DNA of 64,000 bases from Azolla caroliniana (Eukaryota > Plantae > Polypodiophyta): NCBI GenBank assembly GCA_043228905.1, contig JBHGNT010000009.1, positions 5,518,001 to 5,582,000 of the forward strand, given 5' to 3'. The notes beneath the pieces were generated by a model. The model saw nothing but the letters and a program-made list of their open reading frames with translations, searched no databases and was not told the origin of the DNA. Positions 1-12,252 of this stretch are shown piece by piece (position 1 is the stretch's first letter; each line of letters opens with the position of its first letter). A program made the position numbers and the translations under genes.

Positions 1-1695
1 AAGCCCTCATCTCTGCAAATGAAAAGCTCCGTCACTCCACCCATGAAAAGAATCTGGTTAGCCGATTCAGCTACAACGACTACATGGCATATCACTATGC
101 CTTTATGTTGAAGGTGGCGACAGTACGCGAGCCAGAAACATTTTCCAAAGCAGCCAAGGATCCGCGATGGATCGAAGCCATGAACGAGGAGATGCAGGCA
201 CTATGCAAGAACGAGACGTGGGATCTCGTTCCCACCTCACCACACAAAAAGGCGATTGGATGAAGATGGGTTTACAAAGTGAAGTACAACGTCAACGGTT
301 CCATCAACCGCTACAAAGCGCGACTCATAGTGAAAGGCTACGCATAAACGCACGGAGTTGACTACGAAGAGACCTTTGCCCCGGTGGCAAAGATGACGAT
401 GGTACGGACAGTAATTGCGCTTGCCGAGGCAAAAGGGTGGCACCTCCGTCAAATGGACGTCAAGAACGTTTTTCTACAAGGCGAATTAGAAGAGGAGGTG
501 TACATGATACAACCATCCGGTTCAACTTGAGCACCCATCCGAAAGCTCTATGCCGACTCAAGAAGCCACTCTACAACCTGAAGCTAGCACCGCGTGCTTG
601 GCATTCGAAGATAACGCAATATCTTCCTCATATCAACTTTCGTATTTCAAAATCGGATAACTCCCTCTACATATGAAGCGATTCCGCAAGTCCGATTGTC
701 ATCATCTTATATGTGGATGACCTAGTCATTGGAGGTGAGCACCTCATCCAAATCAATAAGGTCAAATCCCTCCTTTCCGACAAGTTCGAGATGACGGACA
801 TGAAAGAGCTACACTACTTCCTCGGCATCGAGGTAATTCGGACTCCGGCCGGAATCATGATATCTCAACGGCACTACATCCTCAACTTGTTATACAAGTT
901 CAGAATGGCTGACTGCAAATCCGCGGCAACCCCGCTTGATCGCAATCTCAAACTAGATGCAAACTCCGGCACCAAAGCGTGTGAGCCGACTAAGTATCGG
1001 CAACTCATTCAGAGTCTCATCTACCTCACGATCACACGACCCGATCTCAATTATCCAGTCGGTCTCCTTAACCAATTCATGCAAACATCGCGTGATACTC
1101 ACTTGGATTGCGCTAAGTGAGTTCTACGATACGTGAGTGGCACAATGGATTGCGGCATCCTCTACAAGACCGTGATGCCAATACGACTTGAGGGGTACAC
1201 AGACGCTGATTGGGCCGGCTACAAAGCTGATAGAAGATCAACCTCCGGATTTGTTTTTTCCCTCGGCAGCGGAGCAATATCCTGGAGCAGGAAAAAGCAA
1301 CCAATCGTTGCTCTTTCGAGCACAGAGGTGGAATACAGGGGCGCAACAATGGCCGCATGTGAAGCCGTATGGCTCAAAAGGATACTCAAGGATCTGGGCG
1401 TACCCATCAAGGATCTGACTTCCCTTTACTGCGACAATATGTGGAACGTCTATCTGGCTCAGATCCGGTGTTCCATGCGTGGACAAAGCACATCAAAGTG
1501 CACTATCACTTCATTCGAGAGCGCATTCTAGCTGGTGATGTCGACCTACAACACATTAGCACCAATCTTCAAACGACTGACATCTTCACTAAAGCCTTAG
1601 GAGCCGACAAGCTATGGCAATTCATGACCGATCTCGGATTGACGATCCCTGACCTGCCAAGCTTGAGGGGGAGTACTGAAGACACTACGCAATAA
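1..1695 (+). pseudogene. Copia pol (RT-RNase H) with stops and frameshifts
   Basis: ORF fragments 437-676, 713-1120, 1133-1531 and 1369-1695 are collinear with the more intact copy at 39280-40977. Confidence 0.9.
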
Positions 1696-1924
1696 TGCGT
1701 GGATTCGACAACCACGCAACGAAGCCGTGAAGAGCTGATCTACCGCGCAAAGCTGCGAAGAAAGACGCAAGCCGAAGCACAGACTTCGCAACTACGCACA
1801 ACGCAAGATGGAGCACGGATTCCACAACTCCGCATAAATGCGAGTCGACGCGGACACCGGAACACGAGTCGAAGCGAATTTCGGATATCGTCTGAAACCG
1901 ACCCGACTTGAGCTTGAGGGGGCG

Positions 1925-2321
1925 TGTTAAGAATCAAGCTCAACTTGGTCTAGTGTGTGAACTCTCACCTTGAGAGTGAATAGACACTCCAACGTTCAAG
2001 AGTCACCATTATGTCACCACTTTGTATTCTAGCATTTAGTATGAGTCATAGAATCATTTTCTATGACACATAACTTATGATCTTTCACATTCCCCATGCT
2101 CCATGAGTCTTGTAGTTAATGAAGAGAGAGGGTGACTATATAAAGCATCCTCCTCCCACCTTGTATAATGTTGAGTCTTTCTCCTTTGTTAATATACTTT
2201 ACCTTGCGTATTCTCTATGTCTTACTCCTTGTCTCCCTCCCTCACTCACTCTCTCTCTCTCTCATACACACATAGTTCATAGCTATTCCGCTGCATAGAA
2301 TCCATCTCTTGATTATTTACA
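1925..2321 (+). repeat. 3' LTR of copia C1 (~397 bp)
   Basis: TGTTAA...TTTACA termini. Aligns end to end with 41192-41543. TATA box (CTATATAAAG) at ~2136. Confidence 0.85.
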
Positions 2322-3927
2322 TTATCCATGTTGGTCACTTTGATCCGACTATGCGTTATAACGAAACGATCATAGCCACAATGATGTTGAGAGTGTAGGG
2401 CTTGACCCACTTCAAGTGAGGTCGCTCCTATGACACACACATCCAACATCCCTCCCTCGTTGCATGGTTACGATGCCACCATGAGATCATCATTACGAAA
2501 GGCATTTGTAATGATGTAACCATGTGATGGGCCACATGGGCCTACTACGAAAAGAGGGCTCGTGTGGCCTGACCATTAGGTTGCTCTTTGGGGATGTGAT
2601 AGAAGAACCCATTCCACCTTACCACCCCTGAGCTATGATCTAGAGATAGCCAACCTACCACCGACGTCCCATACCGTTGGATATTAGGATGACTAATACC
2701 TTGGAAGAGATAAACAAGATCATCGAGACGAAAGCCAAGCCTGCACCACCGATGTCTAAGACAACAGCCTTCCAACGTAATGTCCTTATGAGGGTAGCTA
2801 AGCCTCATATTTATACCTTTTCCTAGGCCCCTTCAATAGATGTGCCTTTCTAAAAGGGTCTCCATTCATTGGTTGCTCAAATCATGATAGTGCATGCACA
2901 TATCATTCCTTCTATCCAATCACATTAGCCCCTTTTTTAACATTAGTGAACATACCCTTCACTAATGTAAATATTAATGACCTACCCTTACCAACGTTAT
3001 GTGTACAACAACAAAACCAAAGTTGCAAACCATAAAGGTTTGATTCCTGATGTCCTTGATGTCTATACTTATCATTTAAGTAATTGTATATGTTCTTTGC
3101 CTCACTATGTATTGGGGCCCAATGATTTACTATGTGCAAACGGGTATATCAATGGATCTCCCGTACAATTCTTATTTGATTTGGGAAGCTCACACAACAT
3201 TGTGAATGATCATTTGGTTCACATATGGGGAATCCAACCCACCGTAAGTGATCATACCTAAAAGCTGCACTTGGCTTATGGAAGTGTACAATACATCAAC
3301 GTGCCGATTCATTCATTAGAAATTTCTATTGATACTTATATATAGAGGAAGTAGACTTCCATGTAATGAATCTTTGTACCACAAATGTAATACTGGGGGT
3401 CCTTGGTTTTATAATAAAAACTCTTCTCTTTATCTATTGATTGGGTTCACCATTCCATTACCTTTGTACTAAACGATTGTACTCATGTAAAATAACAATC
3501 TCTTTCCATTGTTTTCTCGACATCAATATCTGAGTTGTCTTGTTCTTCTTTATTTTATTGTGTAGTTGATCCGAACATTCACGTTTATAATATCGATAGT
3601 GTCTCGAGTCGTTTACCATATTTTGAACAAAAACAACTCAATGAAATCTTAAATGATTTTCGTTATGTTTTCCCAAGTGAACTACCACATGGGTTACCTC
3701 CTAAACGTAATATAGACCATCGTATAGATATTGTACCTGTCGTTGCACCAATAAGTATACCTCCGCGCTTAAGTCGATCCGAAGAGGATGAGGTATCTTA
3801 GCAACTCAAGGTTCGACTATTTACGAATGGGTTATATACATTATAGTAAATCTCCATTGGGTTCACCTATTCTCTTGGTAAAAACGAAAGAAGGCACATG
3901 GCATATGTGTATTAATTATCAACGTGT

Positions 3928-4567
3928 TGTCGCATAATTACACGTGCGTGGGTGAAATAAGGCGGGACCGCGGGGGCCCTGAACCGAGGAGCAAGAGAGA
4001 CAAAAGGAAGTGAGGAGTGTGACAGTGCGAGGGCTGCTAGACCTATCAGCAGCCGGCGACGCTTACCGACTGATTGGACCACCAACGCTTATACCGATTC
4101 AACGAAAGAGCACACTCGAGAGAGATGAAAGAAGACACTCCTGGAAACACAAATAATGCAGATGACACAAATAACACAGAAACAAGAGATTCAATTACAA
4201 CGATTGTGGTAATTACAACGATGGCAACCCTGCAGAGAATGATGGTAGAGGAAGAGAGAGCTCAGTTCCCAGTCTGACAACACCTCCTTCTTTTCCCAAA
4301 ACGTGATCCCTTTCTTCCTCTTCTCTTCTCTCTTTTATAAGTCGCCGAGGAGGCCGTTACATCAAAACACGTCAACTTAATTCTCTGTCCTTTCAGACAG
4401 AGATACGCATCGATTTCCTAATTAATAAATGTGTCCTACCTAGTATCTTTACGTCAGCCGTCCTATTCCTAGTTATATACAATGAATCAATTCACACACA
4501 CTCGCGAACGGGCGGGTTCACGCCTTTAATTCCTTGATTCCTCTTAGGGCTGGTTTTCTTCACAACA
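3928..4567 (-). repeat. 3' LTR of P1 (640 bp)
   Basis: Direct repeat of 9858-10496; adjacent to the PPT. Confidence 0.92.
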
Positions 4568-4641
4568 TCCACCCCCACCAAACTGCGCATCCACCGGTAT
4601 GTGCCAAACACGAGCAATTGCCGGAGAAGACCGGTCTGTAA

Positions 4642-7600
4642 TCATCCGTCACTTCCCGAATCCTCGTCTGCTTCGAACCGGTCGTCGTCGTCAGTCACGC
4701 ATCCCGGATCCGGCTCGTCCTCATGCCGATTTTTGGACGCCTTGACCCATTTCCCGGCTATCGGCATTGTTAATCGCGTCCCCTCGAGCTCCGCAAGATG
4801 ATACGTCTCGTTGTCATTCACCTCGTTACGACGTAGGGCCTGAACCACTTCCTCGTGAATTTGCGCGTAGCCTTGTGCTGGTTGTCGAGGTTGCGGTCAT
4901 GCACCAACACCCAATCGCCTTCCTCGATCTTCTTTGGCCACAGCCGGTGTGTCCAGTCGAACCGGCCTTTGTTCCTTTCCCTCATTGTTTGCAGCTTCGT
5001 CTTTGCCCTCTCCACGTCCTCTAGTCTTCGCTCGAGCTGTCGAATCGGCGCCACCAAAAGCTCTTCCCGGCTCATCTCGTTCCTCCAATCTATCACCGCC
5101 CACGAGGAAATCGTTCGGTCCACCAGCATGATAGGCTTCTGCCCGTACATCAGCTCCGCTAGCATGAACCCGGTTACCGAACTATGCGTCGTCCGGTCTG
5201 CCCATAGTGCGTAGGGTAGGAGCCGCGGCCAATTCCCGACCTGGCCTCCGCAGGCTCGTACCAACGCCTTTACGATTGGCCCATGTCCGCGCTCCACCTT
5301 CCTGTTTGCCTCCACTTGAAATGGACAGTCGGCGGGTAGGTCGAGTGTGGACTGCAATTGATAGCTTTCGCACGTCGTCACGAACTGGTACACATCCCAA
5401 TATAGCCCCGGCCACCAATACTTCTCTTTCAGTTTCTCGAACGTGGCCCATGTCCCGTAGTGTCCGGCCTAAGGACTCTCGTGGTACGCCGTTAACAACC
5501 TGTCCTGCTCGTCGTTTCTCGCCACTACACGGAGCGGAACACTGCCTCGCTTCTTTGGGGGCTTCCATATACTTCCGTCCCGTAGGAAGAATCAGTACGC
5601 TTTCTTCCGGATCCGGTTAGCCTCCTCTCTGGTCCATGCCACGTCCGACGTCATTGTCCTTAGGAACCTTCCAATCTGGAGCCACTCCCCGTCGTACTCG
5701 CTCTCGCTGAACTCGTTAAGCGACGGAGTGCTCCCTGCCCTTGTCGCTACACGAGCCGACTCGAAGAATTCTACGCCGACTTCTTCGTCCTTCGAAACCA
5801 TGTCGTTCTCGTCGTCAAACCGCGCTCTAGAAAGCATTTTGGCCATTGTGTTGTCCTTTCCGAAGATGTGTCATATCTCCGGATCCAGGGACTTAATGTA
5901 TGCGATCCACCTAAGCATCGCCAGGTCCGGAGTTGCGCATCCGGAAACTATACCAAGGATTGGCAGGCAGTCTGTCTCAATGATTACTTCTGTCCCTATT
6001 AGGTATTCTTTATCGGTCTTGACTGCCGAAACGATACCACATAATTTGCGCTTAACTTGGGTGTATCCTCGTTGTCGCTCACTGAGAACCTTTGCCCCAA
6101 ACCGGATGGGGAACCGCGTGCCGCCAATAAGCGCCTCCTTCAGTCTCCGGATCGACTCCGTATGCTCCTCGCCCCATTCGAATTTATGCCCCTTTTTCAG
6201 CAGCCCATAGAGTGGTTCCGCGACGTGTGCGTAGTGCGGAATCCAGATGTGATAGAACACACACGCCCCCAAGAACCTTCGGACCTCCGTTATAGACCTG
6301 TATTCATCCTTCATTGCGGAGATGGCCTCCACCTTCGCCGAAGATGGTTTCCGGCCGTAAGGGCCGCACAAGTGCCCGAATACCAGGATCTCTGACTGCC
6401 CGAAAGCTAACTTCTCTTCAGAGAAGGTGAGCCACGCGTTCTCAAGCCTCTGTAGCACCTTCTCGCAATCTTCAATATGGTCCCCAACAAACCTTCGGTA
6501 ACCGTCTGGCTCAACCGAATCATCCTTATCTTCCACTGAACATCCCTTTATCGGTATGTCGTCCAAAAACGGCATGGTGATGTCTGGGATGTAGTCCCTT
6601 AGCACCTTGTTCATAGCGTTCACCATGTGGGCCACCGAGTTGGTCCCTCCCTGCAGCAAGGTGCACATCCGCACCAGGCCGAGAGGAGTCTGCATCGTCG
6701 TAATATCCCTCCTCTCCACGGTTAGTTGGAACTGGTCGTACCCTGAGTATAGATCCCCGACCAAATAGATCGACCTTCCGGCGAAGGCCTCCGCGAACTC
6801 CTCAATGGTTAGTCCGATCCCTACGTTCCAAATGGTCACCTTGTTGACAGGTTGCAGGTCCTGAATAAAGCGCAACGTACCGTTCTTCTTAGGCACAGTG
6901 AACCACCGATTCGAGTATGGGGCACTCGACAGTTTGAGGATGCCCATCTCCACCTTCTGCTTCAGCAGCTCCATCAGCTTCGGGATGTGAGCTCTGGGTA
7001 CTGGAATTGGTTTGAGATTCCACGGCACATGCGGTACCGTAAAGATAACCATCGGCTCCACAATCTTCATGTTCACACACCCGATATCTTCCGGTGAGAA
7101 TGCAAAGGCTTTCCTATGCCTCCTGAGCATTCCCCGAAACCGTTCCTCCTCCGCCGGTAGTAGAAAGCCACCCCCACCAACCTTGAGCTCCTGTAGCGTT
7201 ATGTCGGTGAACCAGTGTCCTATGCCGGCCAGATGCCATAAACTTGGGTCCCACGCGACCCCTTTTATTCGTTCCTCGCTGCCCTCCGACAAGGGTGCCG
7301 CAACTGGCCTCACCTTCCGGTCCACAGTCTTGTACCTTGTATCCACGCAGGCCGTCCGATCCGACCTAACCCTTCCCCCGAAGTCGGCGATGACTTTGTA
7401 CATTCCCACCGAGTTAACCCGAATCATCCGGTCTCCACTGAGGCCTTCCTCGATCACCTTCCCGATTTCCCCGAGGGTGTCGTCGAAAGAGATCGCCTCC
7501 ACGGCGCCACTAGTTTCCTCATCGGGGTCGAGGACTCCGCATGTCTTGAGCTGTTCCTCTACCGGCTTCTTCTCCCGGCCAACGATGCCGGCTATCGTAC

Positions 7601-9840
7601 AACATCCGCTATCGGAGAACCAAAACTTCCTACCTATGGTACAGGTGTGGGGTTCCCCGGGGGTGCCCGAACTATCGCGGCCCCACGCCTTGATAGCCCT
7701 CTCAAAAAATCCCCTCGGCTATCGCCGCCGTGGGTTTCGCGGTTCCGCTCATGGTTCGGTCGCACGTTCAAGAATTGGACGGAGTGTCGTCCATCTTGGC
7801 TCTTTACGCGCGCGTACCCTGAACCGTTATCTAGCACCCTTGTCTCCATACGTGCCGCTGTAATGTACGGCTCGCCGAGTATCACCAGGTGCGACGATGT
7901 CTATTGCACAAAGAAGTGTTGATCTATCTTGATGTCGCCGACCTTTACGCGTACATTCGGGCACGCACCATGCAGCTCCTCCGTAGCGCACGTCGCCGCG
8001 CGAATCTTCCACCTGTGTTTGGTGTTGATTGGCCATTTCCCTTTCCTGTAGAAGTCCATGGACATCATGTTTATGTCCGAACCATTGTCTATCAATGCAA
8101 CCACCAGGTCCTGCACGTCCCCAATCCGGACAGGGGTTTCCGTGGTGGCCCTGGCCCAATGTAAACTCGAGTAGTGGCTATCCGTCAACTTGTCTTCTAG
8201 GGCCGCATCCTCCAAGTGCGTCGTCTGCACCTCCACCGGCTTCTCCGGTTCCGGCTATGTAGAGAGCCACTTGCGCTTTACTAAATCTACGATGGAATCG
8301 TGGAATTCCTTCTTCGCGATCCCAAGCACTTCCCGCAATGATAACTTGACCTTGTTGTCGAGGATCCGTTCTTCTAGAACCTTCCACAGGTCCGTCCTCC
8401 TTTCAATCACAATGCTTAGCTGGTAACTGGCCCGCTTCGTTTTGTCCGGTGCGCCGGGGTTACCGGCATTGTCCAGGTCTTGTACCGCTGTGAGGGCTTG
8501 GCACCTCCAGCCTTTCCCGCACGCTTGTCTTCTACCAGAACCTCGTAGTTCCGGCACGCGGCTTCCATGAGACCGGTCTTCTCCTCAATCGGATCGCCCC
8601 ATCTGGTGACCTCCCGGACCCGCCGTCCTGCGCAACTCACTTCCTCCTTCTTCAGTTGTGCACCGGAGAGGCCTTCTAGCACCGAGGGCCAGAAGTCAGC
8701 GTCCTTCGTTTTCCGATCTTCGTCACCTCCCACCCGGATCCTGACCGATGCTGAATAATGGACGGCCTCCACATGGCGCACCTCCACTTCTTCCATTAGC
8801 CGCTGCATCCCGCCACGCCCGAAATTCGTCTCCACCTCTCTCCGAGTATCACCAGCATGCACCCATCCGTTCCATAAGTACACCACATTACCCCTAAGGG
8901 CTTCGGCAAACTCCACTCAATCTCGCCGGCTGTGTCCGACCGTGTCGCACCACATACACCGTTGTCCAGTCGGTCGCCTTCGGTCGCGTGGCTACCCTCC
9001 ACTATCTCTCCGGGCCTGCGCGATCTTCAGGTCGCGCACCATTTGTGTCAGCTCCTCAAGAGACGCTCTCCTGGATTAGCCCTTGACTGCTCCGGTCGAC
9101 GCTGGGCCAGTTTCACTCCAACCCCAGGTTTCCTCCCTTCGTGTCGGCAAAGGCTCATCGAACTTCCTTGCCGGGGTGGGTCCCATCGCCGATGACTTCT
9201 CGTCGCCCCACTCTCGCCGTTTGTCGAAGCGGCCGTAGACCCCTTTGACCATGGTCCAGTCAGTCGTCAGCCCATCATTTGTCTCCAGCAGGAGACCCAC
9301 CTGGCCCCTATCCCGCACGTCCACCGATTTGACAAACAACAGGGCACAGCTCGTGTCTAGCACGGTACTGTCTAGCATCGAGAGCCGTGTGAAGCGCTCC
9401 TTGAACTCCCGGAGGAGCGTCGACGCATTCCTCCCCTTTCCGAGGGTTTCCACCCACTCCATGAAGTCCCGCTTCGATAACCGAAGCGCGTCATCAAGCC
9501 CGTACCTTTCGAGGAGCCGTGCTTTGAATTCTCCCCAGGTCCAACATCCAACCTGTACCTCGAGCACCTCTGCGTGGATGCGCGGTGTCGCCACCTGAGG
9601 GAACCCGGCCGGACACCTATCCTCCGGGATGTCTCTCATTACGATCTCGGCTCAGTAAGCCACCAAATAGCTCGTGGCATCCTTCCCACCGAATCGGCCT
9701 ATCGTGCCGACAATTGCTTCAATGGCCCTGTCGAGGGTGCCAGTGCCCTCGCAAGCACTTACTATTCGATCGACCGTTGCTACCATGGCTTCGGTGAGCT
9801 CCGATCCCCTCATCTTCACTCCTCTATCGCCTTGTTTCAC
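4642..9840 (-). pseudogene. P1 gag-pol, frameshifted and internally deleted
   Basis: gag fragments 9652-9840, 9076-9639, 8416-8916; protease ALIDNGSDIN (7901-8236); RT 5871-7502 (DLYSGYDQF, FLDD); integrase remnants 4818-5393. Confidence 0.88.
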
Positions 9841-9853
9841 ATCGGGTTCACCA
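9836..9853 (-). other. Primer binding site complementary to the tRNA-Trp 3' end
   Basis: TGGTGAACCCGATGTGAA on the - strand, 4 nt from the LTR. 17/18 match to the plant tRNA-Trp 3' end (TTCACGTCGGGTTCACCA) as recalled. Confidence 0.85.
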
Positions 9854-9857
9854 AATA

Positions 9858-10496
9858 TGTCACGTAATTATGCGTGCGTGGGTGAAATAAGGTGGAACCG
9901 CAGGGACCCTGAACCGAGGAGCAAGACAAAAGGAAGTGAGGAGCGCGACAGCGCGAGGGCTGCTAGACCTATCAGCAACCAACGACGCTTACTGGCTGAT
10001 TGGACCACCAACGCGTATACCAATTCAATCAAAGAGCACACTCGAGAGAGATGAAAGAAGATACTCCCGGAAACACAAATAACGCAGATGACACAAAATA
10101 ACACAGAAGCAAGAGATTCAATTACAACGACCGTGGTAATTACAATGATGGAAACCTTGCAGAGAATGATGGTAGAGGAAGAGAGAGCTCGGTTCCCAGT
10201 CCGACAACACCTCCTTTTCCCAAAACGTGATCCCTTTCTTTCTCTTCTCTTCTCTTCTCTCTTTTATAAGTCGCTGAGGAGGCTGTTACATCAAAACACG
10301 TCAACTTAATTCTCTATCCTTTTGGATAGAGATATACGCATCGATTTCCTAATTAATAAATGTGTCCTACCTAGTATCTTTACATCAGTCGTCCTATTCC
10401 TAGTTATATACAATGAATCAATTCACACAGTCGTGAAAGGGCGGGTTCATGCCTTTAATTCCTTGATTCCTCTTAGGGCCAGTTTTCTTCACGACA
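9858..10496 (-). repeat. 5' LTR of P1 (639 bp)
   Basis: Direct repeat of 3928-4567; adjacent to the PBS. Confidence 0.92.
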
Positions 10497-10910
10497 GCGT
10501 GAATAAAGTGACCATCAAGAATTCATATCCATTGCCCCGGGTTGACGATCTGATTGACCACCCCCAGGGAGCTCGATATTTTATGAAACTTGATCTTCGT
10601 ACGAGCTACCATCAAATTCGTATAAGTGAGGAAGATGTTCCTCAAATGGCATTTCATACACACTATGGCCATTATGAGTTTTTGTTTATGCTTTCAGTTT
10701 GACCAATGCTCTTGGCACATTTCAACAAGAAATTAATGACATTTTCTGAGAACAACTTGGAAAATTTGTCGTTATTTTCTTGGATGATATTCTAGTTTAT
10801 AGTTGTACATTAGAAGAACATGTTGAACATGTCCGTTTTGTTTTACCAACATTGCGCGACAAGCAATTCTATGCGAAGATCTGAAAATGTGAGTTCTTCA
10901 AGAAATCAAT

Positions 10911-11407
10911 TGTCATGGACACACCAAGCGCGGACTAGGATGGAGCACAGATGATGGGGCTACGAGCGACAGATGAACTTGGAGCTAGATGTGACGAGGC
11001 TAGGAACTCTAGATGTTGTGAGCGACATGAGACCATGAAGACAAAAATAAAGATCAAGGAGACAGATGAGGCGAAACAAGAATACTAGATTGATGTGTTA
11101 ATGACTTGTGTTGAATCCCTTGAAAGGGACCAAGGATGTTACAAGTATTTATACAATTTCCAAGAATGAATATCTCTAGAATATACTCGAGAAATATCTC
11201 GAGAATATACCTGTTTAGAATATACCACAGAATAATTCTAGAATATACTAATGACTAGAATATTCTTGAATGTACTATATTGTAGACTCTATAATATATA
11301 CAAGTTCACAATCGAATGTGGACAGTTCACAAGAGTTTCCATATAGTTAGCACAACACAATGTATTGTGTGTGTTAAAAGTCAGAGGTTCGAGTCTAGAG
11401 TGTGATA
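10911..11407 (-). repeat. 3' LTR of N1 (497 bp)
   Basis: 11111-11407 is directly repeated at 12504-12800; 10911-10956 is repeated in inverted orientation at 12455-12500. Confidence 0.88.
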
Positions 11408-11539
11408 TTATCCCCCCTCTTACGCCGCCTTCCCAAACCGGTCATTGGCTTAAGGGGATATTGCTAATGAAAATCTTAGACCACCTCCAAAGTATTTTGT
11501 AAATCCTAGACAAGGAGTAACCCTTCTAGAAGTCGAGGT

Positions 11540-12252
11540 ATTGAACACCAACGGGCATGAGCGACCATGTGCGGTCCTTGCCCAAGACTGGAACACGAAT
11601 ACCAACAGGCGTGAGCAACCATGTGTGGTCCTCATGGGGAGCATGAACACCAACGAGCATGAGCGACCATGTGCGGTCCTCGTTGGGAACTGGAACACGA
11701 ATACCAACAGGCGTGAGCGACCATGTGTGGTCCTCATGGGGAGCATGAACACCAACGGGCATGAGTGACCATGTGTGGTTCTCATTGGGAATTGGAACAC
11801 GAATACCAATGGGCGTGAGCGACCATGTGTGGTCCTCACCGGGAACTGGAACATGAACAATAGCAGGCATGAGCAACCATGTCGGTCCTCGTCGGGATTT
11901 GGAACACGAACAATAATTGGAGTGAGCAACCATGTGCGGTCCTCATCGGAGACTGGAACATGAATACCAACGGGTGTGAGTGACCATGTGCGGTCCTCAC
12001 GGGGAACATGAACACCAACAGGCATGAGAGACCATGTCGGTCCTCGCCAAGAGTTGGAACACGAACACCAATGGGTGTGAGCAACCATGCGGCCCTCACC
12101 AAGAACTAGAACATGAACGGACGTGAGTGACCATGCGGCCCTCACTGAGAACAAAACACAAACGGGCGTGAGCGACCATGCGGCCCTCACCGAGAACTGG
12201 AACACGAACGGACGTGAGCGATCATGCGACCCTCACCGAGAACTGGAACAAC
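11540..12252. repeat. Tandem array of ~15 units (54, 48 and 46 bp) with core GAGCGACCATG(TG)CGGTCCTC
   Basis: Units are directly visible. They alternate 54/48 bp on the left and are 46 bp on the right, and give rise to the repetitive ORFs at 11450-12205 and 11526-11933. Confidence 0.92.

Larger units (their letters stand above)
1..2321 (+). mobile_element. Ty1/copia LTR retrotransposon C1, 3' part (RT, RNase H, PPT, 3' LTR); 5' part lies outside the window
   Basis: Copia RT/RNase H motifs across broken frames (LKKPLYNLKLAPRAW, YVDDLVI, GYTDADWAG..RRSTSG, TKHIKVHYHFIRE). PPT-like GAGGGGGCG lies before TGTTAAGAATC at 1925. Same family as 38415-41543. Confidence 0.93.
3928..10496 (-). mobile_element. 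Non-chromovirus Ty3/gypsy element P1 (Phygy-like, tRNA-Trp PBS), both LTRs present, inserted in G1 RT
   Basis: LTR pair 3928-4567 and 9858-10496 (TGTC...ACA). PBS 9836-9853; PPT (rc GGTGGGGGTGGA) 4568-4579. 4-bp TSD GTGT/GCGT with one transition. Domain order gag-PR-RT-RH-INT, no chromodomain. Confidence 0.92.

Noticed and set aside
1662-1924. Second PPT-like GCTTGAGGGGGAG at the end of copia pol
   Set aside because: It encodes the common SLRG terminus of copia pol, is present in both C1 and C2, and is not followed by an LTR start.
4500-4530. B-box-like GGGTTCACGCC in the P1 LTR
   Set aside because: It lacks the conserved RA of GTTCRA and has no A-box at the right spacing, so it was not counted among the cassettes.
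7012-7863. 283-aa + strand ORF and other shadow ORFs over P1
   Set aside because: These are antisense shadows of GC-rich pol.
11540-12252. Repeat array resembling a CRISPR locus
   Set aside because: The intervening sequences are homologous to each other rather than unique spacers, there are no cas genes, and the array lies inside a eukaryotic LTR element.
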